Assembly: GCA_022712945.1 (NCBI GenBank)
Contig: JAFLJP010000122.1
Location: forward strand, 1,853 to 65,852
Reading direction: 5' to 3'
DNA: 64,000 nt
Source of the DNA: Gammaproteobacteria bacterium
GTDB lineage: Bacteria > Pseudomonadota > Gammaproteobacteria > RBG-16-57-12
Under the pieces are notes generated by a model that was not told where the DNA came from, did not search any database, and saw nothing but the letters and a program-made list of their open reading frames with translations. The translations under genes and the position numbers were made by a program. Of this stretch, positions 52,985 through 61,888 are shown piece after piece (within the stretch, counting starts at the first letter, position 1; the number at the start of each line of letters is the position of its first letter).

Positions 52985-53491
52985 ATGAAGATGTCACGTC
53001 GAGCAAAACGTATGGAAAAGAGCCATAAGCGGAGCAAAGGTGCTTCGCTGAATATGGTCTCATTGATGGACATATTTACCATCCTTGTCTTCTTCCTACT
53101 TGTTAACTCATCTGATGTACAGTTGACACAAAACGAAAAGGTTCAGCTACCTGAATCGAAAGCGAACCAGGTACCCGCAGCGACACTGGTGATCATGATC
53201 AGCAATGATCAGGTGTTGGTGCAGGGGCGCCTTATTGCCACCGTTGATGAGATCATGGCAATCAAAGGCAACATTATTCCTGCGCTCAAAGAGGAGTTGA
53301 AGATTCAGTCCGATAACAGCCTGAGACAACTTTCAGAGAGTGAGCTGCGAGAGATGGGCCGCCCGATAACCATTATGGGGAATAAAGAAATCCCCTATCA
53401 GTTGCTGAAAAAAATCATGTTCACCAGCTCCAAGAGTAATTACAGCAACATCTCACTTGCCGTGTTGAAAAAAACTGAAGGCGAGGGGTAG
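52985..53491 (+). CDS. ExbD/TolR family protein 2
   Basis: LNMVSLMDIFTILVFFLL, LPES, IPYQLLKKIM. Confidence 0.87.
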   Translation: MKMSRRAKRMEKSHKRSKGASLNMVSLMDIFTILVFFLLVNSSDVQLTQNEKVQLPESKANQVPAATLVIMISNDQVLVQGRLIATVDEIMAIKGNIIPALKEELKIQSDNSLRQLSESELREMGRPITIMGNKEIPYQLLKKIMFTSSKSNYSNISLAVLKKTEGEG

Positions 53492-53497
53492 CACGAA

Positions 53498-54430
53498 ATG
53501 AATAAACAGCCCCTGAACCCCAAGATTTTTTATGATTACAGCGACCAACGCCTTCGGGTGATTGCGGTCATCATGATGCTCTCTTTTCTGGCAGCCAATA
53601 TCACCTTTAACTTCATGGCAGTTCCTGAAATTGATCGTAAGGCGGCCAGTGAGTTGCCACCGCGCCTTACTAAAATGATGTTGGAAAAGCGCACACCGCC
53701 ACCACCGCCACCTAAAGAAGAGAAGAAGGAAGAAGAGAAGCCAAAGGAAGAGGAAAAACCGAAAGAAGAGCCAAAGAAAGAAGAAAAGAAGCCAGAACCG
53801 AAAAAAGAGGAGCCTAAAAAGCGTAGCGAAGAAGAGATACGCGAAAAAGTCCAAAATACCGGTATTCTGGCGATGATGGATGATCTTGCCGACCTGCGTG
53901 ATGAGTCACTCTTTGAGGGGCTGGATACCGACAATGCCTTGCTCAACACCCCGGTAGAGAGTGCGATGTCGAAAGAACGTTCACTGATTACCTCTAATGC
54001 GATGAGGGGGAGTGGTGGCATCAACACCGCGAGTCTCAGCCGCAGCACCGGCGGTGCTACCCGACTAGCGGGACGTGATGTCACCAAAGTTGACAGCCCG
54101 GTTGACGATGTGGCCCCGATGGAGGATGACAAGAAGGCCTCTGTGCGTAGCCATGAAGAGATTGCACTGGTTATTGACCGCTACAAGAGTCGTCTGCTGG
54201 CCATCTACCAGCGGGCTCTACGTGAAGATCCCACCCTGCGTGGACAGGTGGTATTTGAGATGACCATTGAGCCATCGGGTAAAGTCACCATCGTCAACGT
54301 GCTATCGAGTGACCTCAAAAATGAGAGTCTGGAGAAAAAGCTGGCAACCCGGATCAAGATGTTTAAATTTGGTGCTAAGGATGCGGAAGTGATGATTGTC
54401 ACGGTGCCAATTGACTTCTATCCCTCTTGA
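53498..54430 (+). CDS. TonB-like energy transducer with AgmX/PglI-type C-terminal domain (GltG-like)
   Basis: One TM helix, Pro6 plus KPKEE linker, C-terminal YQRALREDPTLRGQVVFEMTIEPSG. Confidence 0.85.
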   Translation: MNKQPLNPKIFYDYSDQRLRVIAVIMMLSFLAANITFNFMAVPEIDRKAASELPPRLTKMMLEKRTPPPPPPKEEKKEEEKPKEEEKPKEEPKKEEKKPEPKKEEPKKRSEEEIREKVQNTGILAMMDDLADLRDESLFEGLDTDNALLNTPVESAMSKERSLITSNAMRGSGGINTASLSRSTGGATRLAGRDVTKVDSPVDDVAPMEDDKKASVRSHEEIALVIDRYKSRLLAIYQRALREDPTLRGQVVFEMTIEPSGKVTIVNVLSSDLKNESLEKKLATRIKMFKFGAKDAEVMIVTVPIDFYPS

Positions 54431-54454
54431 TATAGGTCTCGTAACGCAACAAAA

Positions 54455-54477
54455 TAAGCCCCGAAAGGGGCTTTTTT
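54455..54477 (+). terminator. intrinsic terminator ending the TPR/ExbBD cluster
   Basis: aagcccc-gaaa-ggggctt followed by a T tract. Confidence 0.85.
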
Positions 54478-54497
54478 ATTTAGAGCACTCCCAGTAA

Positions 54498-54857
54498 CTA
54501 TTGACCTTTCTTGGGGTTTTCATCCTCTGCTTCAGTGCAATTCACCAGCAGGCGCATTCCGCCTTTGGTTAGAACGTCATTTATCCGCTCAAGAAACAGC
54601 ATCATCTTCTCATTGGGCAGATAGGCACAATTGAGCTGAAAGCGCACCTTGCAGTCATTGCGATCAGGAAACTCTTCCGCCAATTGTCCACCTGCAGCAA
54701 ATTCGACATATTTGCTCATCTTGTCTTGCAGCTCAGCAATGCGGGCATCAATATCACTCCACTTTTCAGTGGCGTACATGATGAGTGCCATTTCATCGCT
54801 ATCGTGATCAAAAGCGACCTCGTCGATCACCTCTGGATTGTGAATGCCCCGTTCCAT
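54498..54857 (-). CDS. hypothetical acidic protein (DUF6572-like)
   Basis: VIDEVAFD...W...LQDKMSKYVEF...GQLAEEFP pattern. Confidence 0.55.
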   Translation of the reverse strand: MERGIHNPEVIDEVAFDHDSDEMALIMYATEKWSDIDARIAELQDKMSKYVEFAAGGQLAEEFPDRNDCKVRFQLNCAYLPNEKMMLFLERINDVLTKGGMRLLVNCTEAEDENPKKGQ

Positions 54858-54926
54858 AATTTTCCCACCACCTGATTGCTGTTAGCTTTCAATAATATGG
54901 CAATCGCCACAAATGATCCAACTCAT

Positions 54927-55628
54927 TTACAGGGTACGCGCCGCTACCCACACATTAACCACCTTAACGCCCGACTTTTTCAGGATTCGAGCAAGTGCAT
55001 TGACGGTATTGCCGGTGGTCATTACATCATCAACAATGGCAACATGGTGTGCGGTGAGTGGCTTTGCCAGGCTGAACGCCTGTTTTACATTGGCGCGGCG
55101 GCGTGTTGCATCCAGGCTGCTTTGTGCGTGAGTTAATCGCACTCGTTGGCAGGATCTGAAATCGATATTGATTGTGAACTGTTTGGAGAGGATTCGAGCC
55201 AGCTCCAGCGCCTGGTTGAAACCTCGCTCACGGGTGCGAACAACATGCTGTGGAATCGGGATCAGTAGTTCAGGAAGTGGTTCTGAACACCGCTCAATTT
55301 GTCTGGCCATGAGTTGAGAGATCAATCGAGCATATTGTAAGCGGGCATTAAACTTGAGCCCTTGCACTAAAGAAGAGAAGGGGTGCTGGTAAATATAACC
55401 ACACATAACATGGTCAAAACAGGGCGGTGCTTTTAAGCATTCACCACAATGCATTTTTTCGTTTCCCGTTAGCGGCAGACCACACTGATAACACGGGTTA
55501 GTGATGCCCATGAGATCATTTTGGCAGCCGCTGCAGAGGTCAAGCTTCGCCTCTCCTGCGCTACCACATAGGACGCAGTGTGATGGAAAGCAGATTGATT
55601 GTGCGTTACTTAGCCAGTTGTTAACCAT
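54927..55628 (-). CDS. comF: ComF/GntX family amidophosphoribosyltransferase-like protein
   Basis: Double zinc ribbon (CVLC, CSGC, CYQC, CGEC), RGFNQA, VDDVMTTG; start likely MVNNW at 55628. Confidence 0.88.
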   Translation of the reverse strand: MVNNWLSNAQSICFPSHCVLCGSAGEAKLDLCSGCQNDLMGITNPCYQCGLPLTGNEKMHCGECLKAPPCFDHVMCGYIYQHPFSSLVQGLKFNARLQYARLISQLMARQIERCSEPLPELLIPIPQHVVRTRERGFNQALELARILSKQFTINIDFRSCQRVRLTHAQSSLDATRRRANVKQAFSLAKPLTAHHVAIVDDVMTTGNTVNALARILKKSGVKVVNVWVAARTL

Positions 55629-55649
55629 AACAATCCTTTGTGGTTGACA
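55619..55649. promoter_or_regulatory. BirA operator
   Basis: TGTTAACC-N15-GGTTGACA, about 70 bp upstream of bioB. Confidence 0.78.
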
Positions 55650-55720
55650 GAAATCCCTTATAATGGCGCACAACAGTGCATTGTAATGTCGACAGATGTC
55701 AACTCGACCGAGGATAAGCC

Positions 55721-56755
55721 ATGGTACAGAACGAAACCTATAACCGTATTGATGAAATCACTCAGCGTATTGTGAGTGGTGGTGAAATGAGTGCTGATGA
55801 AGGGCGCTGGATGATCGCCCTCGATCATGATTACCTTCCTTGGGTAATGGCAGGTGCCGACCGCCTACGCCGCACCTTCCGTGGCGATGAGATTGAATCC
55901 TGTGCCATCTCTAATGTGCGTTCGGGTAACTGTTCCGAAGATTGCAGCTTCTGTTCACAAAGTGCTCACCACAAGACGGAAGCCCCGGTTTATGACTACA
56001 TCTCCAGTGATGAGCTGAAAGCACAGGCATTGCGTGCCCGGAAGTGGGGGGTGAGTGATTTTGGCATCGTCTCCAAAGGATGGGGGGTACGCAGTGAGAA
56101 GGAGCAGCAGCAGTTGACTGAGTATTTCGAGACGCTTTCGGAGGAGAGTGATATTGGTCGTTGTGCCAGCCTGGGTGTATTGACCCGGGAGAGTGCGGTA
56201 AAACTGAAAGAGGCGGGTCTGGAGAACTATCACCATAATTTAGAAGCGGCGGAGAGTTTTTTCGATAATGTCTGTAGCACTCACAGTTACCAGGAGAATA
56301 TCGATACCATTAAACACGCTGCCGATGCCGGCCTTCGGGTCTGTGCCGGGGGTATTCTGGGTATGGGTGAGAGTCTGAATCAACGCATTGAGCTGGCCGA
56401 TACGCTGCGAAAAATTGGCGTGGAATCGGTACCGATGAACTTTCTCAGCCCGGCTGAAGGGACACCCATGCAGGATATTCCGGCACTGCAGCCCTATGAA
56501 ATTTTACTGAGCATCGCCACCTATCGTTATATGTTGCCCAAAGCTGAAATTCGTATTGCCGGTGGTCGCCAACATCTGCGCGATATGCAGTCGATGATCT
56601 TTTTTGCCGGGGCCTCGGGCATTATGGTGGGTGATTACCTGACCACTTCAGGGCGCAGTGTGGATGATGACTTGCGGATGCTGGCCGACCTGAAACTCAC
56701 TATTCGTGGTGATACCCAGAAAACCCGTAAAGTTATTCCAATTAGTGCGGCGTAA
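55721..56755 (+). CDS. bioB: biotin synthase
   Basis: CSEDCSFC radical SAM motif, [30 protein letters not shown]. Confidence 0.93.
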   Translation: MVQNETYNRIDEITQRIVSGGEMSADEGRWMIALDHDYLPWVMAGADRLRRTFRGDEIESCAISNVRSGNCSEDCSFCSQSAHHKTEAPVYDYISSDELKAQALRARKWGVSDFGIVSKGWGVRSEKEQQQLTEYFETLSEESDIGRCASLGVLTRESAVKLKEAGLENYHHNLEAAESFFDNVCSTHSYQENIDTIKHAADAGLRVCAGGILGMGESLNQRIELADTLRKIGVESVPMNFLSPAEGTPMQDIPALQPYEILLSIATYRYMLPKAEIRIAGGRQHLRDMQSMIFFAGASGIMVGDYLTTSGRSVDDDLRMLADLKLTIRGDTQKTRKVIPISAA

Positions 56756-56763
56756 CAGGGCCG

Positions 56764-57915
56764 ATGGATAAGTGGCATTCACTTGCGGCGGCGCTTGATG
56801 AGCGCCGCCGTGCCTCTCTCTATCGCCAACGTCACATCACTAGCTCACCCAGCTCACCTGAAATGGTGATCTCGGGCCAGCCCTGCCTCTGTTTCTGTAG
56901 TAACGATTATCTCGGTCTGGCAAATCATCCAGCAGTGGTCAGTGCATTTAAACAAGCGGCAGATCACTACGGTGTCGGTTCCGGTGGTGCTCACCTGATC
57001 AATGGCCACAGTCAGGCGCATCACGCCCTGGAGGAGGAGCTGGCCGAGTTCACGGGCCGCCAACGGGTGCTACTATTTTCCACTGGCTACATGGCCAATC
57101 TGGGTCTCATCAGCACGCTTTGTGGGCGGGGGGACTATCTCTACCAGGATCGGCTCAACCACGCCTCCCTGCTGGATGCCGGTTTACTCTCGGGGGCAAA
57201 ACAGCAACGATACGCCCATCTCAACGAGCAAAAGCTTGCGGAAAAGTGCGTGGTAAACCAGCCTAAGATGATTGTGACGGACGGTGTTTTCAGTATGGAT
57301 GGCGATATTGCACCACTGCTGGAACTCTCCAGGATAGCTGAACAACACGATGCCTGGTTAATGGTCGATGATGCTCATGGCCTTGGGGTTCTTGGTGACC
57401 ATGGTGGTGGTACTCTTGAGCATTTTGGGCTTGATGCTCAGCAGGTTCCCATTTTAATGGGCACGCTGGGCAAAGGCTTCGGTACCTTTGGTGCGTTTGT
57501 CGCCGGTGATGAACGGCTGATCGAAACATTGATTCAACAGGCGCGCAGCTATATCTACACCACTGCGATGCCTGCCGCTATCGCGGAAGCTACTCGTACC
57601 AGTCTGTCTATCATGCAGTGTGAGTCGTGGCGGCGGGAAAAGCTACAGCAGTTGATCCGTGAGTTTAAAGCGGGAGCCGCCCAGCTAGGCTTGCCGCTGA
57701 TGCCTTCTGATACACCGATTCAGCCGCTGTTGATAGGAGAGAGCGCCAAAGCCACCTTGATCAGCCAGCAGTTATTGGCGCAGGGCATTTTGGTGACAGC
57801 AATCCGCCCGCCCACGGTGCCTGAGGGGAGTGCCCGGTTGCGCATCACTCTCTCGGCCAATCACACCGAACAACAGGTGACACGGCTGCTTGATTGCCTG
57901 GATGGGCTGTTGTGA
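56764..57915 (+). CDS. bioF: 8-amino-7-oxononanoate synthase
   Basis: [40 protein letters not shown]. Confidence 0.95.
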   Translation: MDKWHSLAAALDERRRASLYRQRHITSSPSSPEMVISGQPCLCFCSNDYLGLANHPAVVSAFKQAADHYGVGSGGAHLINGHSQAHHALEEELAEFTGRQRVLLFSTGYMANLGLISTLCGRGDYLYQDRLNHASLLDAGLLSGAKQQRYAHLNEQKLAEKCVVNQPKMIVTDGVFSMDGDIAPLLELSRIAEQHDAWLMVDDAHGLGVLGDHGGGTLEHFGLDAQQVPILMGTLGKGFGTFGAFVAGDERLIETLIQQARSYIYTTAMPAAIAEATRTSLSIMQCESWRREKLQQLIREFKAGAAQLGLPLMPSDTPIQPLLIGESAKATLISQQLLAQGILVTAIRPPTVPEGSARLRITLSANHTEQQVTRLLDCLDGLL

Positions 57916-58679
57916 GCCTCTATATTCATAGAGAAGGCTCAGGGCCACCGTTGGTATTCCTGCATGGCTGGGGAATGAACAGCGACATCTGGGAAGATAT
58001 TGTACCTCGACTGACTCAGCACCACACCGTCACGCTGATCGACCTGCCCGGTCATGGCCGCAGCCAGCTATCTCAGCCGGATTATGGTATTGAAGTGCTG
58101 GCGGAACAGTTAGCAGAGGTGATACCAGAAGCCGCTATCTGGGTCGGCTGGTCGCTTGGTGGGTTAATTGCCCTGCAGATAGCCGCGCAATACCCAGGAA
58201 AAGTGAAAGCCCTGCTGATGGTTGCCAGCTCCCCTCGATTTGTTAAAGTACCGGGGTGGCCCTATGGGGTTGAGCCGACGGTTTTTGACAAGTTTGCCAA
58301 GGGGCTGGCGGAAGATTATCGGGCCACCCTCAAACGCTTTGTGGCCATTCAAGCTTTGGGGAGCCACAATGCCAAGGCTGAAGTGCGTACACTGCGTGAA
58401 CGCATGCTGCGTCATGGAGAACCACACCACAAAGCGCTACAGGGCGGCCTGCGCCTCTTGCAACAGAGTGATCTGCGCCAGGCACTTGCCGAGTGCCACT
58501 GCCCGATAAAACTTGTATTGGGCAGTCGAGATACCCTTGCGCCAGCCCGCGTCGCTCACCACTTGAAGTACCCTCATCTGGAGAGCACGATTATTCAAGG
58601 GGCCGCCCACGCCCCCTTTATCTCTCACCCGGATCAGTTTTTAGCCGTATTGAAAGAGTTTACTAAACGCCATGTTTGA
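57912..58679 (+). CDS. bioH: pimeloyl-ACP methyl ester esterase
   Basis: [25 protein letters not shown]; probable GTG start overlapping the bioF stop. Confidence 0.92.
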   Translation: MSLYIHREGSGPPLVFLHGWGMNSDIWEDIVPRLTQHHTVTLIDLPGHGRSQLSQPDYGIEVLAEQLAEVIPEAAIWVGWSLGGLIALQIAAQYPGKVKALLMVASSPRFVKVPGWPYGVEPTVFDKFAKGLAEDYRATLKRFVAIQALGSHNAKAEVRTLRERMLRHGEPHHKALQGGLRLLQQSDLRQALAECHCPIKLVLGSRDTLAPARVAHHLKYPHLESTIIQGAAHAPFISHPDQFLAVLKEFTKRHV

Positions 58680-59547
58680 CGATCGTTACACTATTATAAA
58701 AACAGACATTCGCCACTCCTTTGACAAAGCCGCCAGTCGTTATGATGAGGTAGCAGTACTGCAACGGGAGGTTGCTGGTCGTCTACTGGATCGCTTGGAG
58801 CTTATCAAGCTAAAGCCGCAACGTATCCTTGACCTGGGTTGTGGCACCGGGCTCAATAGCCAAGCACTGGACAAACGTTATAAAAAAGCTCAGGTGCTCT
58901 CACTTGATCTCGCCGAGGGCATGCTCAACAAGGCACGCAAACATAAATCATGGTTCAACAAACAGCGCTTTATCTGTGGTGATGCAGAAGCACTGCCACT
59001 GGCGGATAACAGCATAGAACTCATATTTTCAAGCTTAACCCTTCAGTGGTGCTGTGACCTTGATAGCGTATTCAAAGAGTGTTTTCGGGTGCTCAAACCG
59101 GGTGGGTTGCTGATGTTCTCCACCCTGGGGCCAGACACGCTGCATGAGTTGCGCCATAGCTGGAAGCGTGTGGATGACAATAACCACGTCAACGCCTTCA
59201 TTGATATGCATGATATTGGCGATGCGATGATTCGCAGCCGCCTTTCTGACCCAGTGATGGATGTTGAAAATATCACCATGACCTACAGCGAGGTGATGCC
59301 ACTGATGCGGGATCTCCAGATACTCGGTGCCCACAACATGACCCAGGGCCGCTCCCGGGGCCTGACAGGAAAAGCAAAAATTCTTGCCTTGAGTGACGCT
59401 TATGAACGCTACCGAGCCAAAGGTGTTCTCCCTGCCACCTACGAAGTGGTTTATGGACATGCCTGGGCACCTGAAAATAAAGAGAAAGCAGAAAATGGTG
59501 CAGATGGGGTCTTTCACTTCCCGGTCGATCAATTGCGAAAACGTTGA
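58672..59547 (+). CDS. bioC: malonyl-ACP O-methyltransferase
   Basis: FDKAASRYD, LDLGCGTG, LQWC, STLGPDTL, DMHDIGD. Confidence 0.93.
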   Translation: MFDDRYTIIKTDIRHSFDKAASRYDEVAVLQREVAGRLLDRLELIKLKPQRILDLGCGTGLNSQALDKRYKKAQVLSLDLAEGMLNKARKHKSWFNKQRFICGDAEALPLADNSIELIFSSLTLQWCCDLDSVFKECFRVLKPGGLLMFSTLGPDTLHELRHSWKRVDDNNHVNAFIDMHDIGDAMIRSRLSDPVMDVENITMTYSEVMPLMRDLQILGAHNMTQGRSRGLTGKAKILALSDAYERYRAKGVLPATYEVVYGHAWAPENKEKAENGADGVFHFPVDQLRKR

Positions 59548-59575
59548 CTAAAATATAAAATAGTCGACCAATGAT

Positions 59576-59625
59576 AAGTAGGGGCCTTTGCACGAAAATT
59601 ATTTTTCGTGCAAAGGCCTCAAGTA
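59576..59625. mobile_element. collapsed IS-like footprint: abutting inverted repeats flanked by AAGTA direct repeats
   Basis: aagta-GGGGCCTTTGCACGAAAA-ttat-TTTTCGTGCAAAGGCCTC-aagta. Confidence 0.55.
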
Positions 59626-59677
59626 GTCACACACACATTTAAACTTAGACATTAATAAAAATATTATGGAGCAACTC

Positions 59678-60397
59678 ATGAAACCGTCGATCATCCCAAG
59701 CAGCATTGCCGCACTACTCTTCAGTGCCAGTGTCCACGCAAGCCCCTTTACCGGTGAGGCTGAGTTGGGCTGGATCAGCACCAGTGGCAACTCAGAAACC
59801 GACAGCCTCACCATCAAAGCCAAAGGTGAAAAGAGCTATGGCAAGATCAAGCACCATATGACGGCAGAGGTACTGAAAAGCTCAAATACCAATACCGCGG
59901 GTGAGAAAACAGATACTGCTGAGCGCTACCTGCTAGGCTACAAGGCAGACTACGCACTGACCGATAAAGGCTACGCATTTTTAAGCCTCAACTACGAAGA
60001 TGATCGCTTTAGTGGTTATGATCGACGCACCAGCGAATTGGTGGGTTATGGTCACCAGTTCCACGACAATGAGACCTTGAAAACCCGTGCGGAACTCTCG
60101 GTGGGTGCACGCCAAAGTAAGTTGGTAGGTGGTGGTGACAGTGAGAGTGAAGGGGTGGTTAAAGTACAGGGTAATCTGGAATGGACCGTTAGTGAAACCA
60201 CGCTGTTCAGCCAGGATGTCGCTGTGGAAATTGGTGACAACAGCACCATCAGCAAGTCGGTAACGGGCCTGAAAGTTAATATTAACAGCAGTCTCGCAAT
60301 GAAGCTGACCTACACGCTTAAACACACTTCGGATGTGCCTAATGGGGTAGAAAAATTAGATAGTGAGCGAATTGCCACCATTGTTTACTCTTTTTAA
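59678..60397 (+). CDS. DUF481/YdiY-family outer-membrane beta-barrel
   Basis: Signal peptide, GEAELG...SGNSET, TAERY, DRFSGY, C-terminal IVYSF. Confidence 0.85.
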   Translation: MKPSIIPSSIAALLFSASVHASPFTGEAELGWISTSGNSETDSLTIKAKGEKSYGKIKHHMTAEVLKSSNTNTAGEKTDTAERYLLGYKADYALTDKGYAFLSLNYEDDRFSGYDRRTSELVGYGHQFHDNETLKTRAELSVGARQSKLVGGGDSESEGVVKVQGNLEWTVSETTLFSQDVAVEIGDNSTISKSVTGLKVNINSSLAMKLTYTLKHTSDVPNGVEKLDSERIATIVYSF

Positions 60398-60418
60398 TCT
60401 TTCAACTGCTATCTGAAA

Positions 60419-60637
60419 ATGAAGTGGCTTGAAAGAGTGCCGGTCATTCCATTAGCCATCGTCGCACTCGTGCTGGCGTTGGCGCCTTTTCAGCCTGAAC
60501 CCCACTTGTGGGAAAAACTGAAAATGCTAGTGGCGGGAAATCTGGTTAGCGTGGTCGATATTTTTGATCTGCTGTTCCATGCTTCACCGTTATTGTTGCT
60601 ACTGTTTAAGTTAGCGTTTGTTTTAAAGCAAAGGTAA
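60419..60637 (+). CDS. small membrane protein
   Basis: LAPFQPEPHLWEKL...DIFDLLFH pattern with two hydrophobic segments. Confidence 0.7.
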   Translation: MKWLERVPVIPLAIVALVLALAPFQPEPHLWEKLKMLVAGNLVSVVDIFDLLFHASPLLLLLFKLAFVLKQR

Positions 60638-60773
60638 CGACTCAGCGTATTCATCTTTTACCTCAACTCTTCGTTATTTTCGTACTCAATCGGTCACATA
60701 TGTCCTATATGCTCCCTCTTTCCGTGCGAAAATGCCTCGATTTGAGGCGAAATCTAAACACGCTGAGTAGTTA
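60635..60773. repeat. ERIC-like hairpin element, family C (139 bp)
   Basis: Terminal inverted repeat taacgactcagcgt/acgctgagtagtta (13/14), TA ends, core ggtcacata...tatgctcc resembling the ERIC central motif. Confidence 0.7.
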
Positions 60774-60865
60774 CAAATAAAGATAATCAGAGTGTTGGTA
60801 GTGGATAGTCATGGGAAAGTAATTTCAAGAAAAAACCCAACAGAAGCGGCAACTGCAACATGGTG

Positions 60866-61297
60866 ATGCGGAGCGTATTTTTACTATTAATAGTATTTTT
60901 TATGGTTGCCTGTTCAACAGTTGACGAGGGTACCGGGCCAAAATTGTATTTGTTGGATTTAAAGGGCATAGAAAAAATAGCGATAACAGAGGTTGGGGTT
61001 AAATCTGTGGCAGGTAAAGATTTAAATATTTCCTGTGAACAATTCACATTAACTCAAAAAAATATTGAGGAATATTTCAACGTAGCGAAAAGAGTGAGTA
61101 AAAATGACTATAGGCACATGCTTGACTGGTCGCCGTGTTATGTCAGAGGAAAGGTATTTTTAAATAACGGTGATGTAGGGGAGTGGGGCATTCATCAGTA
61201 CAGAGGAGGCAGCCTTGATTTCGGTACGGATAAAATAATTTATATGTATTGTCCAAGGTGTAAAGCTAAGATGTTTGATCGCCCTGAATACCTGTGA
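60866..61297 (+). CDS. AT-rich hypothetical lipoprotein (possible orphan immunity protein)
   Basis: Lipobox MVAC, four further Cys; TGATG coupling to an upstream headless reading frame. Confidence 0.7.
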   Translation: MRSVFLLLIVFFMVACSTVDEGTGPKLYLLDLKGIEKIAITEVGVKSVAGKDLNISCEQFTLTQKNIEEYFNVAKRVSKNDYRHMLDWSPCYVRGKVFLNNGDVGEWGIHQYRGGSLDFGTDKIIYMYCPRCKAKMFDRPEYL

Positions 61298-61361
61298 AAT
61301 TAAAAAGCTAACACACAGGCTGCTAAAGCGTCACGGCGTAAGTCGGTAAAAACCAGGGCAT

Positions 61362-61391
61362 AAAAAAAGGGGCGCATCAGCGCCCCTTTTT
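61362..61391. terminator. bidirectional intrinsic terminator
   Basis: aaaaaaaggggcgc-atca-gcgccccttttt. Confidence 0.85.
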
Positions 61392-61420
61392 AATATTACA
61401 AGCTTGTGATTAGCCAAATA

Positions 61421-61630
61421 TTACAGTGGCATCACATTAGCAGCTTGCAGACCCTTTTGGCCTTGCTCTGTATCGAACTCAACCTTTTGGCCTTCGCTCA
61501 ATGTTTTGAAGCCGTCACTGACGATAGCGCGGAAATGAACAAATACGTCTGCACCGCCATTATCCTGAGTGATGAAACCAAAACCTTTCTCTTCGTTGAA
61601 CCACTTAACGGTACCAGTTGCTTTAGACAT
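61421..61630 (-). CDS. cspA: cold-shock protein (CspA family)
   Basis: GTVKWFN, KGFGFI (RNP1), VFVHF (RNP2); exact paralog name uncertain. Confidence 0.93.
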   Translation of the reverse strand: MSKATGTVKWFNEEKGFGFITQDNGGADVFVHFRAIVSDGFKTLSEGQKVEFDTEQGQKGLQAANVMPL

Positions 61631-61888
61631 GGAAGTCTCCTGAAATTGAAATTTTAATAATTAAAAGTGCGCTATTGCGCCTCTTAGCCGGTTAGATTAC
61701 TTATGGTGACAAAGAGAGTGAAAACCTTCAGGACAACGGCGTTACATATGTAGCGGTTTAACGAAGTGTTCAATATCAATCTGTTGCATAAATAGCTATG
61801 TAGATAGGCTACCGCCAGCCTAGCATATTTTTTGCAAAACCACCCGCCTTTTTGTGGTTTGGTGCTCAAGTAGTGTTAGAGGCTCCCA

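Noticed and set aside
53453..54132. Antisense ORFs rich in Phe and Ser
   Set aside because: Shadow frames of the Pro/Lys/Glu-rich linker of the TonB-like gene
51820..54430. Canonical tol-pal or tonB-exbBD iron-uptake locus
   Set aside because: No tolB, pal, ybgC or TonB-dependent receptor; two ExbD genes and a TPR array instead
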